Shown in pieces: positions 10,518 through 20,429 of a stretch of 64,000 nucleotides of DNA. Where the stretch lies: contig CAVTQH010000003.1 in assembly GCA_963736875.1 (NCBI GenBank), positions 129,756-193,755 of the forward strand, given 5' to 3'. Origin of the DNA: Candidatus Amesbacteria bacterium. GTDB lineage: Bacteria; Patescibacteriota; Microgenomatia; CAZETR01; Amesbacteraceae. Position 1 is the first letter of the stretch. Each line of letters opens with the position of its first letter. The notes under the pieces were generated by a model, which was not told the DNA's origin, did no database searches, and saw nothing but the letters and a program-made list of their open reading frames with translations. The translations under genes and the position numbers were made by a program.

Positions 10518-10556
10518 CGACCCGCTGTAGTCGCTTAGAACGGCAGATTTCCGACT

Positions 10557-11270
10557 TTAACGGAACAGAATAAGGGTGAGAATGAAGGTGGTAAAAAAAG
10601 ATAACAAAGCAACAATATACGGGAGAGGAGAACGGCGGGATATGTTTTCTGATACGGAGGAAGGTGTAGTCCGGGGGGCAGCGGCGGCTGAATGGATCGG
10701 GGTAACATCGGGGATAAGATTAGCCAGATCCTGAAAAGGATCCGGGATATTTTCCCGGGGAGTGGTTGCAGTCAAATCTTCCGGTATCCGGTGAGTGATG
10801 CGGGAGTACTCGGGAGGGGTGGTAACCGGTTCGGGGGTGGTGTCGGGATAGTAGACAGGAGGCGAAAAAGACGGTTCCGGGGACGGAATGACCGGCGGAG
10901 ATGACGCAAAAGTTTGAGCAGGGGGAGGTGTTTGGACCGGCGGAGGCGGAGGGGTCATATGGGGAATCGAAGGCAGAGGAAATATTTCCTGTGTGGCGCA
11001 ATAATCGATAAATTTTTTCAGTGATGATAAACGGCGTTTGGCTGTGGCCGGGGGATTGGAACTGGCCAAATATTCTTCATAACCCCGGAGAAATTCAGAA
11101 GAGATAAAAAACGGGAGAGACTGGGGGAGTAAATTCTGGCGCTGGTTTTCGGTGATAAAGGCGAAAAATAACCTAAGGTCCGAAAGATAGTTTTTAATGG
11201 TATTGACAGAGGACGTCTGAAGAGAAATATACTTTTTAAATTCCTGGATATAGTAGCGGGGGTAATCCAT
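10557..11270 (-). CDS. Integrase N-terminal SAM-like domain, Pro-rich linker and C-terminal TM helix; no catalytic domain
   Basis: SVNTIKNYLSDLRLFF and PATAKRRLSSLKKF core-binding motifs; PPPP/TP linker; C-terminal LPYIVALLSFFTTFILTLILFR. Confidence 0.8.
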   Translation of the reverse strand: MDYPRYYIQEFKKYISLQTSSVNTIKNYLSDLRLFFAFITENQRQNLLPQSLPFFISSEFLRGYEEYLASSNPPATAKRRLSSLKKFIDYCATQEIFPLPSIPHMTPPPPPVQTPPPAQTFASSPPVIPSPEPSFSPPVYYPDTTPEPVTTPPEYSRITHRIPEDLTATTPRENIPDPFQDLANLIPDVTPIHSAAAAPRTTPSSVSENISRRSPLPYIVALLSFFTTFILTLILFR

Positions 11271-11683
11271 ATGTAATCAGCCTTGTTACACGCTGGAATA
11301 TATACCAGTTACACCATAAATTCAAGTGGGTCTTTGGTGAAAATCTTGTACATGAAAATGTGTCCCATTGGATAATATTAGATGGTGCCAAAGCGATTTT
11401 AGAAAATCTAATTTACTCTTTAGTAAAGTTACTATCGGATATAAGTGAAAGAAAGGTGGCAGATTTACGTGTATGAGTGCCAGATTTTTTTGACAACTAA
11501 ATATCACCAAGGGACCGGATATAAGCCAAATGCTCAGATTAGCGATACTTCAGGATACCGGAAACATGTCTGACGATATAGGATTGGACCGGATAATATT
11601 AAATATATTTTCAGTGATTGGATGTTTGAAGTTCTCAAGTGTAATTGGGTATTTATGGTTTATAATTTGGATAAGGAAAAATT

Positions 11684-14083
11684 ATGCCACAAACGTATCG
11701 TCCTTCGGAAATCGAGAAGAAATGGGCAGAAGTATGGCAAAAAGAAAAAATATATCAGGCTGAAGATTTTTCCAAAAAACCCAAAAGCTATGTTTTGATA
11801 GAATTCCCATATCCGTCCGGTGACAGATTACACGTAGGCCATGCCAGAAGTTACTCCTGTCTGGACGCGGTTGCGAGGTTGAGGCGGATGAAGGGGTTTA
11901 ATGTGATGTATCCGTTCGGGTGGGACGCATTCGGGCTGCCGGCTGAAAATTATGCTGTTAAAACCGGAATTCATCCGGCAATTACCACAAGGGAGAATAT
12001 CAGGCATTCCCGGCTTCAGGCAATTTCGTGGGGAATGTCTTTTGACTGGAGCAGGGAAATAAACACCTCGGATCCTGATTATTACCGGTGGACCCAGTGG
12101 ATTTTTGTAAAGCTTTTTGAGAAGGGTTTGGCTTACAAGGAAGAGATTGCCGTGAATTGGTGCCCGGAGTGTAAAATAAACCTGGCTAATGAAGAAGTAA
12201 TTGACGGAAAGTGCGAAAGATGCGGAACCGAAACCGAGAGACGAAAACAATCCCAATGGCTTTTGAGGATAACCAAATACGCCGACCGGCTGCTGGAAGA
12301 TTTGAAAACCGTAAATTTCAGGGATGACATAGCAGCCCAGCAGATAAACTGGATCGGTAAAAAAGAAGGAGCCAGGGTGAATTTTCCGGTTGCCGGTGAC
12401 CGGTTACCGGCAAAAAATCTGGAGGTGTTTACCACCAGGCTGGATACGATATTCGGAGTAACGTTTTTAGTGGCGGCCCCGGAGGTAGTAAAAGAGTGGG
12501 AGGGACTGCCGGTTGAAGTAAATAGATATGTCGAAGAGGTTTTGAATAAAAGCGAGAGGGATAGGAAGCAAAAAGCGGAAAAAACAGGCATGGATACGGG
12601 AATAGAAGTGATTAATCCGGCAAACGGAAAAAAAGTCCCCGTGTGGGTGGCGGAGTATGTGATGATGGATATCGGAACAGGGGTGGTGATGGGCGTCCCG
12701 GGACATGACACACGGGATTGGGAATTTGCCAAGAAATATAATTTACAGATAGTCGAGGTTGTCAGCGGCGGGAAGGTAACCGACCGGGCATATGAGGGTG
12801 AAGGAGTGCTGGTCAATTCAGGAAAATATGACGGAGTACGGTCGGAAACTGCCAGGGAACGGATGATTAATGACGGAATCGGAAAAAGCAGTTTCCATTA
12901 CCATTTGCGGGACTGGGTATTTTCCAGGCAGCACTATTGGGGAGAGCCGATACCGATGATTTTGTGCTCCAAAGACGGCTGGCAGCCGGTACCGGAGCGG
13001 GAGCTGCCGGTGAAATTGCCGGAAGTGGAAAAATTCCAGCCTACCCAAACCGGAGAATCACCCCTGGCTCATGTTGACAGCTTTGTGAATACCATCTGTC
13101 CGAAGTGCGGGGGTAAAGCCAGGCGGGAAACAGATACCATGCCGAATTGGGCGGGATCGTCCTGGTATTTCCTGCGCTATTGCGATCCGCATTATGATAA
13201 GGGGTTGGCTGATCCGGCCAGGCTGAAGTATTGGCTGCCGGTGGATTGGTACAACGGAGGGATGGAACATACCACCCTCCACCTTTTGTACTCCCGGTTT
13301 TGGCATAAGTTCCTGTTTGATCTCGGGGTGGTATCTTCCGCGGAGCCGTATGCCAAAAGAACCAGCCATGGTGTGGTATTGGGCCCGGATGGGAGGAAAA
13401 TGAGCAAAAGCCGGGGGAATGTAATTAATCCTGATGATATCGTATCCAAGTTCGGGGCGGATACTTTCCGGATGTATGAAATGTTTATTGGTCCGTTTGA
13501 CCAGACGGTGGTTTGGAGTGAAGAGTCATTGGAAGGGGTATACCGGTTTTTGAAAAGAGTATGGGGATTGGTAACAAAAATCCAAAATTCAAATCACAAA
13601 TCACAAACAGTAAATAGAGAACTGGCAAAGCTGGTCAAAAAAGTCGGGGAGGATTTGGAAGAGATGAAGTTTAACACGGCGGTGGCGGCCATGATGGAGT
13701 TTGTCAATTGGTGGATGGAAAATCCAGGGGAAGTCGGCAGAAAGGAAGCGGAAACTTTTGTTAAAGTGCTGGCTCCTGCGGCTCCCTTTATGGCGGAGGA
13801 ATTGTATCAGTACTTAAATCCCGGGAAGCAGAAATTTGCTTCAATTCACTCTCAAACCTGGCCGAAATATGATCAAAATGACCTGGAGGGCGGGGAGGTA
13901 ACGGTGGTGGTGTCGGTGGACGGGAAAGTCAGGGCTCTGCTTCACCTGAAGACCCGGGAAGGGCAGGAAAAAATTGAGCAGCTGGCTTTAAAAGAAGAGA
14001 ACGTCAAAAAGCATCTGGCAGGCGGGGGGTATAAAAAAGTGGTATATGTACCGGGGAGAATCATTAACTTTATTACCAAATGA
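11684..14083 (+). CDS. leuS: Leucine--tRNA ligase
   Basis: FPYPSG-LHVGH, GWDAFGLPAEN, KMSKS. Confidence 0.98.
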   Translation: MPQTYRPSEIEKKWAEVWQKEKIYQAEDFSKKPKSYVLIEFPYPSGDRLHVGHARSYSCLDAVARLRRMKGFNVMYPFGWDAFGLPAENYAVKTGIHPAITTRENIRHSRLQAISWGMSFDWSREINTSDPDYYRWTQWIFVKLFEKGLAYKEEIAVNWCPECKINLANEEVIDGKCERCGTETERRKQSQWLLRITKYADRLLEDLKTVNFRDDIAAQQINWIGKKEGARVNFPVAGDRLPAKNLEVFTTRLDTIFGVTFLVAAPEVVKEWEGLPVEVNRYVEEVLNKSERDRKQKAEKTGMDTGIEVINPANGKKVPVWVAEYVMMDIGTGVVMGVPGHDTRDWEFAKKYNLQIVEVVSGGKVTDRAYEGEGVLVNSGKYDGVRSETARERMINDGIGKSSFHYHLRDWVFSRQHYWGEPIPMILCSKDGWQPVPERELPVKLPEVEKFQPTQTGESPLAHVDSFVNTICPKCGGKARRETDTMPNWAGSSWYFLRYCDPHYDKGLADPARLKYWLPVDWYNGGMEHTTLHLLYSRFWHKFLFDLGVVSSAEPYAKRTSHGVVLGPDGRKMSKSRGNVINPDDIVSKFGADTFRMYEMFIGPFDQTVVWSEESLEGVYRFLKRVWGLVTKIQNSNHKSQTVNRELAKLVKKVGEDLEEMKFNTAVAAMMEFVNWWMENPGEVGRKEAETFVKVLAPAAPFMAEELYQYLNPGKQKFASIHSQTWPKYDQNDLEGGEVTVVVSVDGKVRALLHLKTREGQEKIEQLALKEENVKKHLAGGGYKKVVYVPGRIINFITK

Positions 14084-14673
14084 GCGGGTTTGATGACTGG
14101 GTTGAAAAACGCAGATGGGAATTGGGGTTGATGCTTCTGGGGCTAATCCTGACCGGTCTGGGGATATTTATATGGAAATCCGAAGGGAATACACCCGGAG
14201 CGCAGGTTGTAAAAGTGGAAGGTACAGCAACAGGGGCCGGGCAATTGGTGGTGGATGTCAGCGGAGCGGTCAACCGTTCGGGTGTATATACATTACCTGC
14301 CAATACACGCGTGGAGGAAGCCATAAAAGCGGCCGGGGGATTGTCTCCCGAGGCAGATGTAAAGTGGTATGAAGCCAATGTAAACAGGGCGCGAAAAATT
14401 ACAGACGGCGAAAAGATTTACATACCCAAACTGAACACAGGCTCAAGCACAACAGATTCTGTACAAGTTTTGCAGGATACACAAATTACAAACCGGATAA
14501 GTATAAACGGGGCCGGTGTATCCGAGCTGGATACACTTCCCGGTATTGGTCCGGTGACCGCCCAAAAAATTATTGCCAACAGACCATATCAGAGTCTGGA
14601 GGAACTACTTACTAAAAAAGTGGTGGGGCAGAAAGTTTTTGATCAAATAAAAGAGCAAATAAGCCTGTGGTAA
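14080..14673 (+). CDS. comEA: Competence DNA receptor ComEA (TM, SLBB, HhH)
   Basis: VVDVSGAV..GVY.LP SLBB motif; LDTLPGIGPVTAQKII HhH. Confidence 0.93.
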   Translation: MSGFDDWVEKRRWELGLMLLGLILTGLGIFIWKSEGNTPGAQVVKVEGTATGAGQLVVDVSGAVNRSGVYTLPANTRVEEAIKAAGGLSPEADVKWYEANVNRARKITDGEKIYIPKLNTGSSTTDSVQVLQDTQITNRISINGAGVSELDTLPGIGPVTAQKIIANRPYQSLEELLTKKVVGQKVFDQIKEQISLW

Positions 14674-15647
14674 ACATCAGATGGATGGCAGCGGGACTTT
14701 TGGCCTTAATATTTTTAGTCAGATACCAGGGAGTGAGGGAACAGACAATTTCTCAGACGGCTGTTAATCCGATGGGAAGCATCAGGATGATGATGCAAAA
14801 GAATCTGATCAGGTGGCTGCCGGGAGATACGGGACCGCTGGCTTCGGGAATACTTTTAGGGGGTAATGAGGGTTTGTCCAAAAAGGCCAAACAGTCTTTT
14901 ATCAGATCGGGCATCATGCATATTACGGCTGCTTCGGGATATAACGTGACGGTTGTGGCGGGCTGGATGATGGCTTTGGGAATAAGATTTGTGGGCCGGA
15001 GAAAGGCCATCTGGCTGGGGGTGGGGGGTACATTAATATATATGTGTTTAGCCGGCCTTTCGACGGCGGTGATCAGGGCCGGAGTGATGGCTATATTGAC
15101 TCTGATAGCTTCTTTTTGGGGGAGGAAAGCAGACGCCGGCTGGACGCTAATTCTTGCCTGCCTCCTGATGCTTTCCGTAAATCCCGCGTGGATTACGGAT
15201 ATCGGATTTCAACTGTCGGTGGCGGCAACTGCGGGGTTGATCTGGATAAATACGGTTCCCGGTAAAAGCCTATTGAGTGATTTTAAAACCACTGTTGTGG
15301 CTCAAATTACTACCCTACCGATAATTCTTCACCACTTCGGCAGTTTAAGTGTGATATCCCCCGCGGTAAACGGAGCGGTATTGTGGGCAGTGCCTCCGGT
15401 AATGCAGATTTCAGCGCTAGCTTCCATTGCCGGTATTATCTGGAAGCCGGCAGGCAGTATATTGGCTTTGCTGGCCTGGCCGTTTCTGACATTAATGGTC
15501 CGGGTGGTGGAATGGTCCGCTTCATGGCCGGGTGCCAGCCTGACGCTTTCCCGGCTGGGGTGGGGATGGGTGGGAGTTTACTACCTGGTGATATTTTTAA
15601 TCATCAAAATTTCAAATAAAAAGTCAGGAAATTTATGGGGAGTCTGA
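14667..15647 (+). CDS. comEC: ComEC/Rec2 competence channel domain (split ComEC)
   Basis: GIMHITAASGYNV, RAGVM, DIGFQLSVAATAG. Confidence 0.9.
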   Translation: MVNIRWMAAGLLALIFLVRYQGVREQTISQTAVNPMGSIRMMMQKNLIRWLPGDTGPLASGILLGGNEGLSKKAKQSFIRSGIMHITAASGYNVTVVAGWMMALGIRFVGRRKAIWLGVGGTLIYMCLAGLSTAVIRAGVMAILTLIASFWGRKADAGWTLILACLLMLSVNPAWITDIGFQLSVAATAGLIWINTVPGKSLLSDFKTTVVAQITTLPIILHHFGSLSVISPAVNGAVLWAVPPVMQISALASIAGIIWKPAGSILALLAWPFLTLMVRVVEWSASWPGASLTLSRLGWGWVGVYYLVIFLIIKISNKKSGNLWGV

Positions 15648-16369
15648 AATGGTTAATATTGGCGGGTGTAACCATCTGGATGGCAGTGCTGGCTCTGCCG
15701 GATAAGAAACTGCATGTGGTATTCTGCGATGTGGGACAGGGGGATGCCATTTTGATCAGCCGGGGAACCGATCAACTGCTGGTTGACGGCGGACCGGATG
15801 ATAAAGTGATCCGCTGCCTGTCCGATCATATGCCTTTTTATGACCGAAGAATAGAAACAGTGGTCTTGACTCATGACGATTCCGATCACAGCCGGGGAAT
15901 ATCCTATGTTAGAGATAGATATAGTGTTATATATTATGAGACGGCTCTGGTTAGGGGAGATACGGTGAAGACGGGAGGGTTTGAGTATCGGGTGGAGTGG
16001 CCGGTGGAAAGATTAATAAATAATGAGAAAGATCAGGAAGACAATACGCAGGCAACTGTCGGCCGGATTGAGTACGGTCAATTTTCCCTGCTTTTGACTT
16101 CCGACACACCCACAAAACTGTATCCGCCGGAAACAGGAATCGAGGTAGTTAAAGTCCCGCATCACGGAAGTAAAACCGATTTTGATGCGGGGTGGTGGCG
16201 CCAGGTCCGGCCGGCGCTGGCAGTGATATCGGTGGGAAAGAACAGTTACGGACATCCGGTGCCGGAAGTAATGAAAGCAATCAGTGATCTGGGGATCGGG
16301 ATTTTACGGACTGACCGGGAGGGAGATATTGAAATTGTCAGCGACGGGTTAAAATGGTGGGTGAAATGA
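15635..16369 (+). CDS. ComEC-type metallo-beta-lactamase-fold domain, encoded separately
   Basis: FCDVGQGDAILI, LVDGGP, THDDSDH, KVPHHGS, ISVGKNSYGHP, RTDREG. Confidence 0.9.
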   Translation: MGSLKWLILAGVTIWMAVLALPDKKLHVVFCDVGQGDAILISRGTDQLLVDGGPDDKVIRCLSDHMPFYDRRIETVVLTHDDSDHSRGISYVRDRYSVIYYETALVRGDTVKTGGFEYRVEWPVERLINNEKDQEDNTQATVGRIEYGQFSLLLTSDTPTKLYPPETGIEVVKVPHHGSKTDFDAGWWRQVRPALAVISVGKNSYGHPVPEVMKAISDLGIGILRTDREGDIEIVSDGLKWWVK

Positions 16370-17493
16370 GAATCGGAATTGACGCTAGCCGGGCATTTGT
16401 AAAAGAGCCTACAGGGACGGAGAGATATGCTTTCGAAGTGATAACCAGGATGCTTGGGTTGCCGGAGGCCGGGAAACATAAGTGGATCCTGTATGTAAAA
16501 CAATCACAAAATGTTCGCTCGATAAATGCGGAACACGTGAATGTAACAATTGTTGAAATCCCGTTAAAGTACCTGTGGACACAGGCGGGGTTGGCCGCCA
16601 GAACCTGGATTGACAGGCCGGATGTGCTTTGGGTGCCGGCACATACCCTTCCGGTACTGCGAAAACCGGGGATCAGGACTTTGGTCACAATTCACGGGAT
16701 TGAATATGAGTGGCTGCCGGCATATGAGAATAAATTACAAAGATGGTACCTGCCTTTAAGTACCCGGTACGCGGTGCACAGCGCTTCCCGGATTATTGCG
16801 GTGTCGGAATTTACCAAAAAGCAGCTTATAGCAAGGCTTAACGGAGATCAGAATAAGATAAAAGTCATTCCGGAGGGATTTGACGTCCAAATGCCAAAAT
16901 TCAAATTTCAAATGACAAATAAAATTCAGGTTTTAAACAAATACAAATTAACACCGAAGCGGTATTTGTTGTTTGTGGGGACCATACAGCCGAGAAAAAA
17001 CCTGGTGAGGTTGATAGAGGTATTTGCACAACTTGAACAAAACAACCCACGGCTTAAACTGGTGATTGCCGGTAAGCCGGGGTGGAATTACCAGGAGGTA
17101 CTGGATGCGCCGAAGAAATTCGGAGTTGAAGGCAGGGTCGTGATTACCGGTTACATAGGTGATTACACAAGGCAAATATTGTTACACCAGGCTCTGGTAT
17201 ACGTGCAGCCCAGTATTACGGAAGGATTCGGACTGCCGGTTTTGGAGGCAATGGCGGCCGGAATTCCGGTCGTATCCTCAAACGGAGGAGCCTTAAAAGA
17301 GGTGGTCGGTAAAGCAGGGGTGTTGTTTGACCCAACGGACAATCGGGACATTGGTCATAAGTTGTTGTCGGTCATAAATGATCGGGTGTTTCAAAAGAAA
17401 CTGGTAAAGCAGGGCAGGGAGAGGGCAAAATTGTTTAACTGGGAGAAAGCCGCAAGACAGACATATCAACTTATAGTTTCTGATGACTTATAA
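16366..17493 (+). CDS. GT4 family glycosyltransferase
   Basis: MRIGIDA start (ATGA overlap with upstream stop), FVGTIQPRKN, EGFGLPVLEAMAAG. Confidence 0.92.
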   Translation: MRIGIDASRAFVKEPTGTERYAFEVITRMLGLPEAGKHKWILYVKQSQNVRSINAEHVNVTIVEIPLKYLWTQAGLAARTWIDRPDVLWVPAHTLPVLRKPGIRTLVTIHGIEYEWLPAYENKLQRWYLPLSTRYAVHSASRIIAVSEFTKKQLIARLNGDQNKIKVIPEGFDVQMPKFKFQMTNKIQVLNKYKLTPKRYLLFVGTIQPRKNLVRLIEVFAQLEQNNPRLKLVIAGKPGWNYQEVLDAPKKFGVEGRVVITGYIGDYTRQILLHQALVYVQPSITEGFGLPVLEAMAAGIPVVSSNGGALKEVVGKAGVLFDPTDNRDIGHKLLSVINDRVFQKKLVKQGRERAKLFNWEKAARQTYQLIVSDDL

Positions 17494-17675
17494 ACATTAT
17501 AGGATTGGGGACAAAATGGGGATAAGTGGCTATATTAGCCTTGATATATTGCAGGTGTTTTGTGAACAACAATGCAAGTATTTTGTTTCAATATGTTGCC
17601 TTATATGTCTTGTAGTAATTTGACATTTAAAGGAAGAACGTTTTTTTAAGTTATTATTTTGTATAATTGTTAAAA

Positions 17676-18527
17676 ATGAACGATTCAAGTGAAGCTGGGA
17701 AAGAAAATATAGACGGTAATAAAGCCATAATCCTGGGGGTAGTGGTGAATAGCACTTCGGCAAGTAAAGTGCTAACAAAAATAGGCAGTTTATGCACGGA
17801 AAAGGCCTATACAAAGCCCTATTTTATAATTACGGCCTATTCAGAGAATATCCTGCAAACCAAAGAGGACAGTCAATTGGCCAAAGCTTTCGGAGTAGCC
17901 GACCTGGTGGTATCGGACGGGATAAGCGCGGTAGCCGCAAGAGATTATCTGAAAAGAAGAAAAGGCCGGATTTTGGATGATTTGGGTCTGGGGCTTATCG
18001 TCGGGTGGAATATTCTGAAGGGAAAATACTCGGGCCAGAAAATAACCGGGGTGGATCTGACCAGAAAGCTTTTAAGGCTAAGCGGAGAAAAAGGATGGAG
18101 AATATTTCTTTTGGGCGGATGGCGGGATGTGGAAGAAAAATTATCCGGAATGATGCGCCGGGATTTTCCGAAAATCAGGATTAACAGCGACCCCGGGCCG
18201 ATAAACGCCGGATTCGGGGTTGATAAAGAGCTGGTGGCCAAGATAAACAGCTTCAGGCCGGATATTCTGCTGGTGGCATTCGGCAGATTCAGGCAGGAGA
18301 AATGGATTGCGGCGAATCTGAAGCTTTTAAATGCCAAAGTGGTGATGGGGGTGGGCAGCAGCTTTGATGAACTGACAGGTATCGGACCGTGGGCGGCGGC
18401 TACACCCCGCTGGGTGGACCGGATGGGTCTGAAATGGCTGTGGCGGGTAGTTCGAAACCCCGGGCATCTGCGGCGGGCCTGGAATGCCTTCCCGGTATTT
18501 GCCTGGAAAGTGTTCAGGAGCCGGTAG
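17676..18527 (+). CDS. WecB/TagA/CpsF (GT26) glycosyltransferase
   Basis: ADLVVSDG, ITGVDL, IFLLGG, PDILLVAFG..QEKWI, GVGSSFD, GLKWLWR; TATAAT 8 nt before ATG 17676. Confidence 0.9.
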   Translation: MNDSSEAGKENIDGNKAIILGVVVNSTSASKVLTKIGSLCTEKAYTKPYFIITAYSENILQTKEDSQLAKAFGVADLVVSDGISAVAARDYLKRRKGRILDDLGLGLIVGWNILKGKYSGQKITGVDLTRKLLRLSGEKGWRIFLLGGWRDVEEKLSGMMRRDFPKIRINSDPGPINAGFGVDKELVAKINSFRPDILLVAFGRFRQEKWIAANLKLLNAKVVMGVGSSFDELTGIGPWAAATPRWVDRMGLKWLWRVVRNPGHLRRAWNAFPVFAWKVFRSR

Positions 18528-19680
18528 TAAGTTTGACAAATTTTCGGGAGCCGACGGAAAGGACACCTTCATGTACTTCAAGTTTATAGTCTGATACTGT
18601 CTGACCATTAATTTTTACTCCGCCCTGATCAATCAATCTCCGGGCATCGGAGTTGGACTTGGCAAGGCCGGAAGAGACAAGGACGCCTATTACGCTAATA
18701 TCGCCTGATTCTGAGACATTAATTGTGTCATGAACATTAATTGAAAGAGTATCTTTGTTCTGGATGGTCTTTTCAAAATAATTTTGGGCGGAAGTGGCAG
18801 CCTGCGCATCATGAAGTTCAGAGACTATTTGCAGGGCAAGCTGCTTTTTCCGGTCCATGGGATGGCCGTTTTGGGGAATTTTATTCTGGGGGAGGTTTGT
18901 AGCCAGCAGAAAATAGCGGTCAATCAAATCGTCTTTGAGGCTCATCACTTTACCGAACATCTCTTCCGGTTTGTCAGTTAACCAGATGGCATTGTCCCAG
19001 GTTTTACTCATTTTCCGGCCGTCGGTGCCTTCCAGAAAGACGGTAGACATAACAAATGAATCTTTGTGCCGCAGATCTTTCTGCAGGGTTCTGCCGGCCT
19101 GCATATTAAAGGTCTGATCGGTGCCGCCGATCTGCAGGTCGGTATCCATAAAATAAGAATCGTAGCCCTGCATCACCGGGTACAGGACTTCCGGCAGGGA
19201 GACGGATTTACCGTCGCCCAGGCGTTTTTTGATCAGTTCCCGGGATATAAAATCGTTGAGGCTGAAGTGGCGGATGAGCTTGACAATTTCATCAAACGTC
19301 AGGGCTTTTAACCATTCACTGTTGTGGCGGACTGAAACCCGGGAAAAATCCAGAATTTTGGAGGCTTGCTCCCGGTATGTCTGAAAGTTGGCCTCGATTT
19401 GTTCATAGGTGAGGACCGGGCGCTCGGAATCTTTGTCGGAAGTGTCGCCGATCAAAGCCGTGAAATCGCCGATTAAAAAAGTGACGTGGTGGCCAAGGTC
19501 AACCAGCTGTTTGAGCTTTCTCAAAGGAACCGCGTTCCCCAGGTGAATACGAACTGCGGTCGGATCGATACCCAGGTAGATATTCAGTTTGCGCTCGGAG
19601 CGAAGCACTTTTTCCAGCTCCTCCCGGCCGGGGATGATATTGGCAACGCCGCGGGCGAGAAATTCGGATATTGGATCCAT
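18514..19680 (-). CDS. tyrS: Tyrosine--tRNA ligase
   Basis: YLGIDPT..IHLGN, QIGGTDQTFN, KMSKT, C-terminal S4-like domain. Confidence 0.97.
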   Translation of the reverse strand: MDPISEFLARGVANIIPGREELEKVLRSERKLNIYLGIDPTAVRIHLGNAVPLRKLKQLVDLGHHVTFLIGDFTALIGDTSDKDSERPVLTYEQIEANFQTYREQASKILDFSRVSVRHNSEWLKALTFDEIVKLIRHFSLNDFISRELIKKRLGDGKSVSLPEVLYPVMQGYDSYFMDTDLQIGGTDQTFNMQAGRTLQKDLRHKDSFVMSTVFLEGTDGRKMSKTWDNAIWLTDKPEEMFGKVMSLKDDLIDRYFLLATNLPQNKIPQNGHPMDRKKQLALQIVSELHDAQAATSAQNYFEKTIQNKDTLSINVHDTINVSESGDISVIGVLVSSGLAKSNSDARRLIDQGGVKINGQTVSDYKLEVHEGVLSVGSRKFVKLTTGS

Positions 19681-19728
19681 GAGATTATTTTAGCATCCAA
19701 TGAGGAATGGCGTATAATTCGGGACATA

Positions 19729-20406
19729 ATGGGCGGAAGTAAGGAGGGACTGCAATATGTTTTTGCGGAAACATTGGGATTTAGAGATGAAGTTAAGGCA
19801 GTGGGCGTGAGAATGAAGCCAGGGAAAAGAGTCGAAATTACCGGGCGTCTTCTCTACGGTGAAGAGGGAGAAGTTGTAGATACGAAGGATATTTTACAGG
19901 TTTGGCATGATAAAAAAGTACGTTTTGCTGATAAGGAATCGGGAATAGTTGATTGGGAAGGAGTTCGGGCAGACCGTAAAAGAAACTATGCTTTAAATCC
20001 CCGAAAATGGGATCGAAAGGTTCAGGAAGGTATAAAAACGATGGACATGATGATAAAGTGGGACCGGTGTTATCTTTCTGACCGGATTAATAAAAAGATT
20101 GAGGTATTAGATATGAGGCTTGGGACCGTACTGAAGAAACTGGCCATGATCGCTTTGGTTAACGAGAAGGATGTAGGAGAAATGCTGGAGTTTTTGGCAT
20201 CGGGGATTAATTTTGATAAAAACGCTGTAACTAAGAAAAATGTGGCTAAGTTATTAAAGTATTTTCAGGGAGAGGAAGGACTGATGGTCGGAAATCTGGA
20301 CTGGCAGGCGGTGGAGGCTTACGGGGTGATGGTAAAGAATATGCCGTCTTTTGAAGAATTCTGCCAAAAAGAATATCCGAAAGAGCTGCTGCGGGGTAAA
20401 GAATAA
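19729..20406 (+). CDS. Hypothetical protein
   Basis: In-frame ATG 19729 lies just after TATAAT (19713-19718) and avoids overlap with tyrS; no motif recognised. Confidence 0.65.
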   Translation: MGGSKEGLQYVFAETLGFRDEVKAVGVRMKPGKRVEITGRLLYGEEGEVVDTKDILQVWHDKKVRFADKESGIVDWEGVRADRKRNYALNPRKWDRKVQEGIKTMDMMIKWDRCYLSDRINKKIEVLDMRLGTVLKKLAMIALVNEKDVGEMLEFLASGINFDKNAVTKKNVAKLLKYFQGEEGLMVGNLDWQAVEAYGVMVKNMPSFEEFCQKEYPKELLRGKE

Positions 20407-20429
20407 TATTTTCGTGATAAGATTTGAAT

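Noticed and set aside
10557-11270. Functional integrase or prophage boundary
   Set aside because: No R-H-R-Y catalytic domain and no phage genes.
11322-11763. Short ORFs 11322..11510 and 11530..11763
   Set aside because: No motifs, AT-rich, one overlaps leuS out of frame; treated as intergenic.
17494-17670. oriC (TGGGGATAA 17517, TGTGAACAA 17561, AT-rich)
   Set aside because: Only mismatched DnaA-box-like words, no dnaA/dnaN nearby, no visible skew switch.
19486-19728. N-terminal extension of the hypothetical ORF
   Set aside because: Overlaps tyrS antisense; ATG 19729 after TATAAT is the better start.
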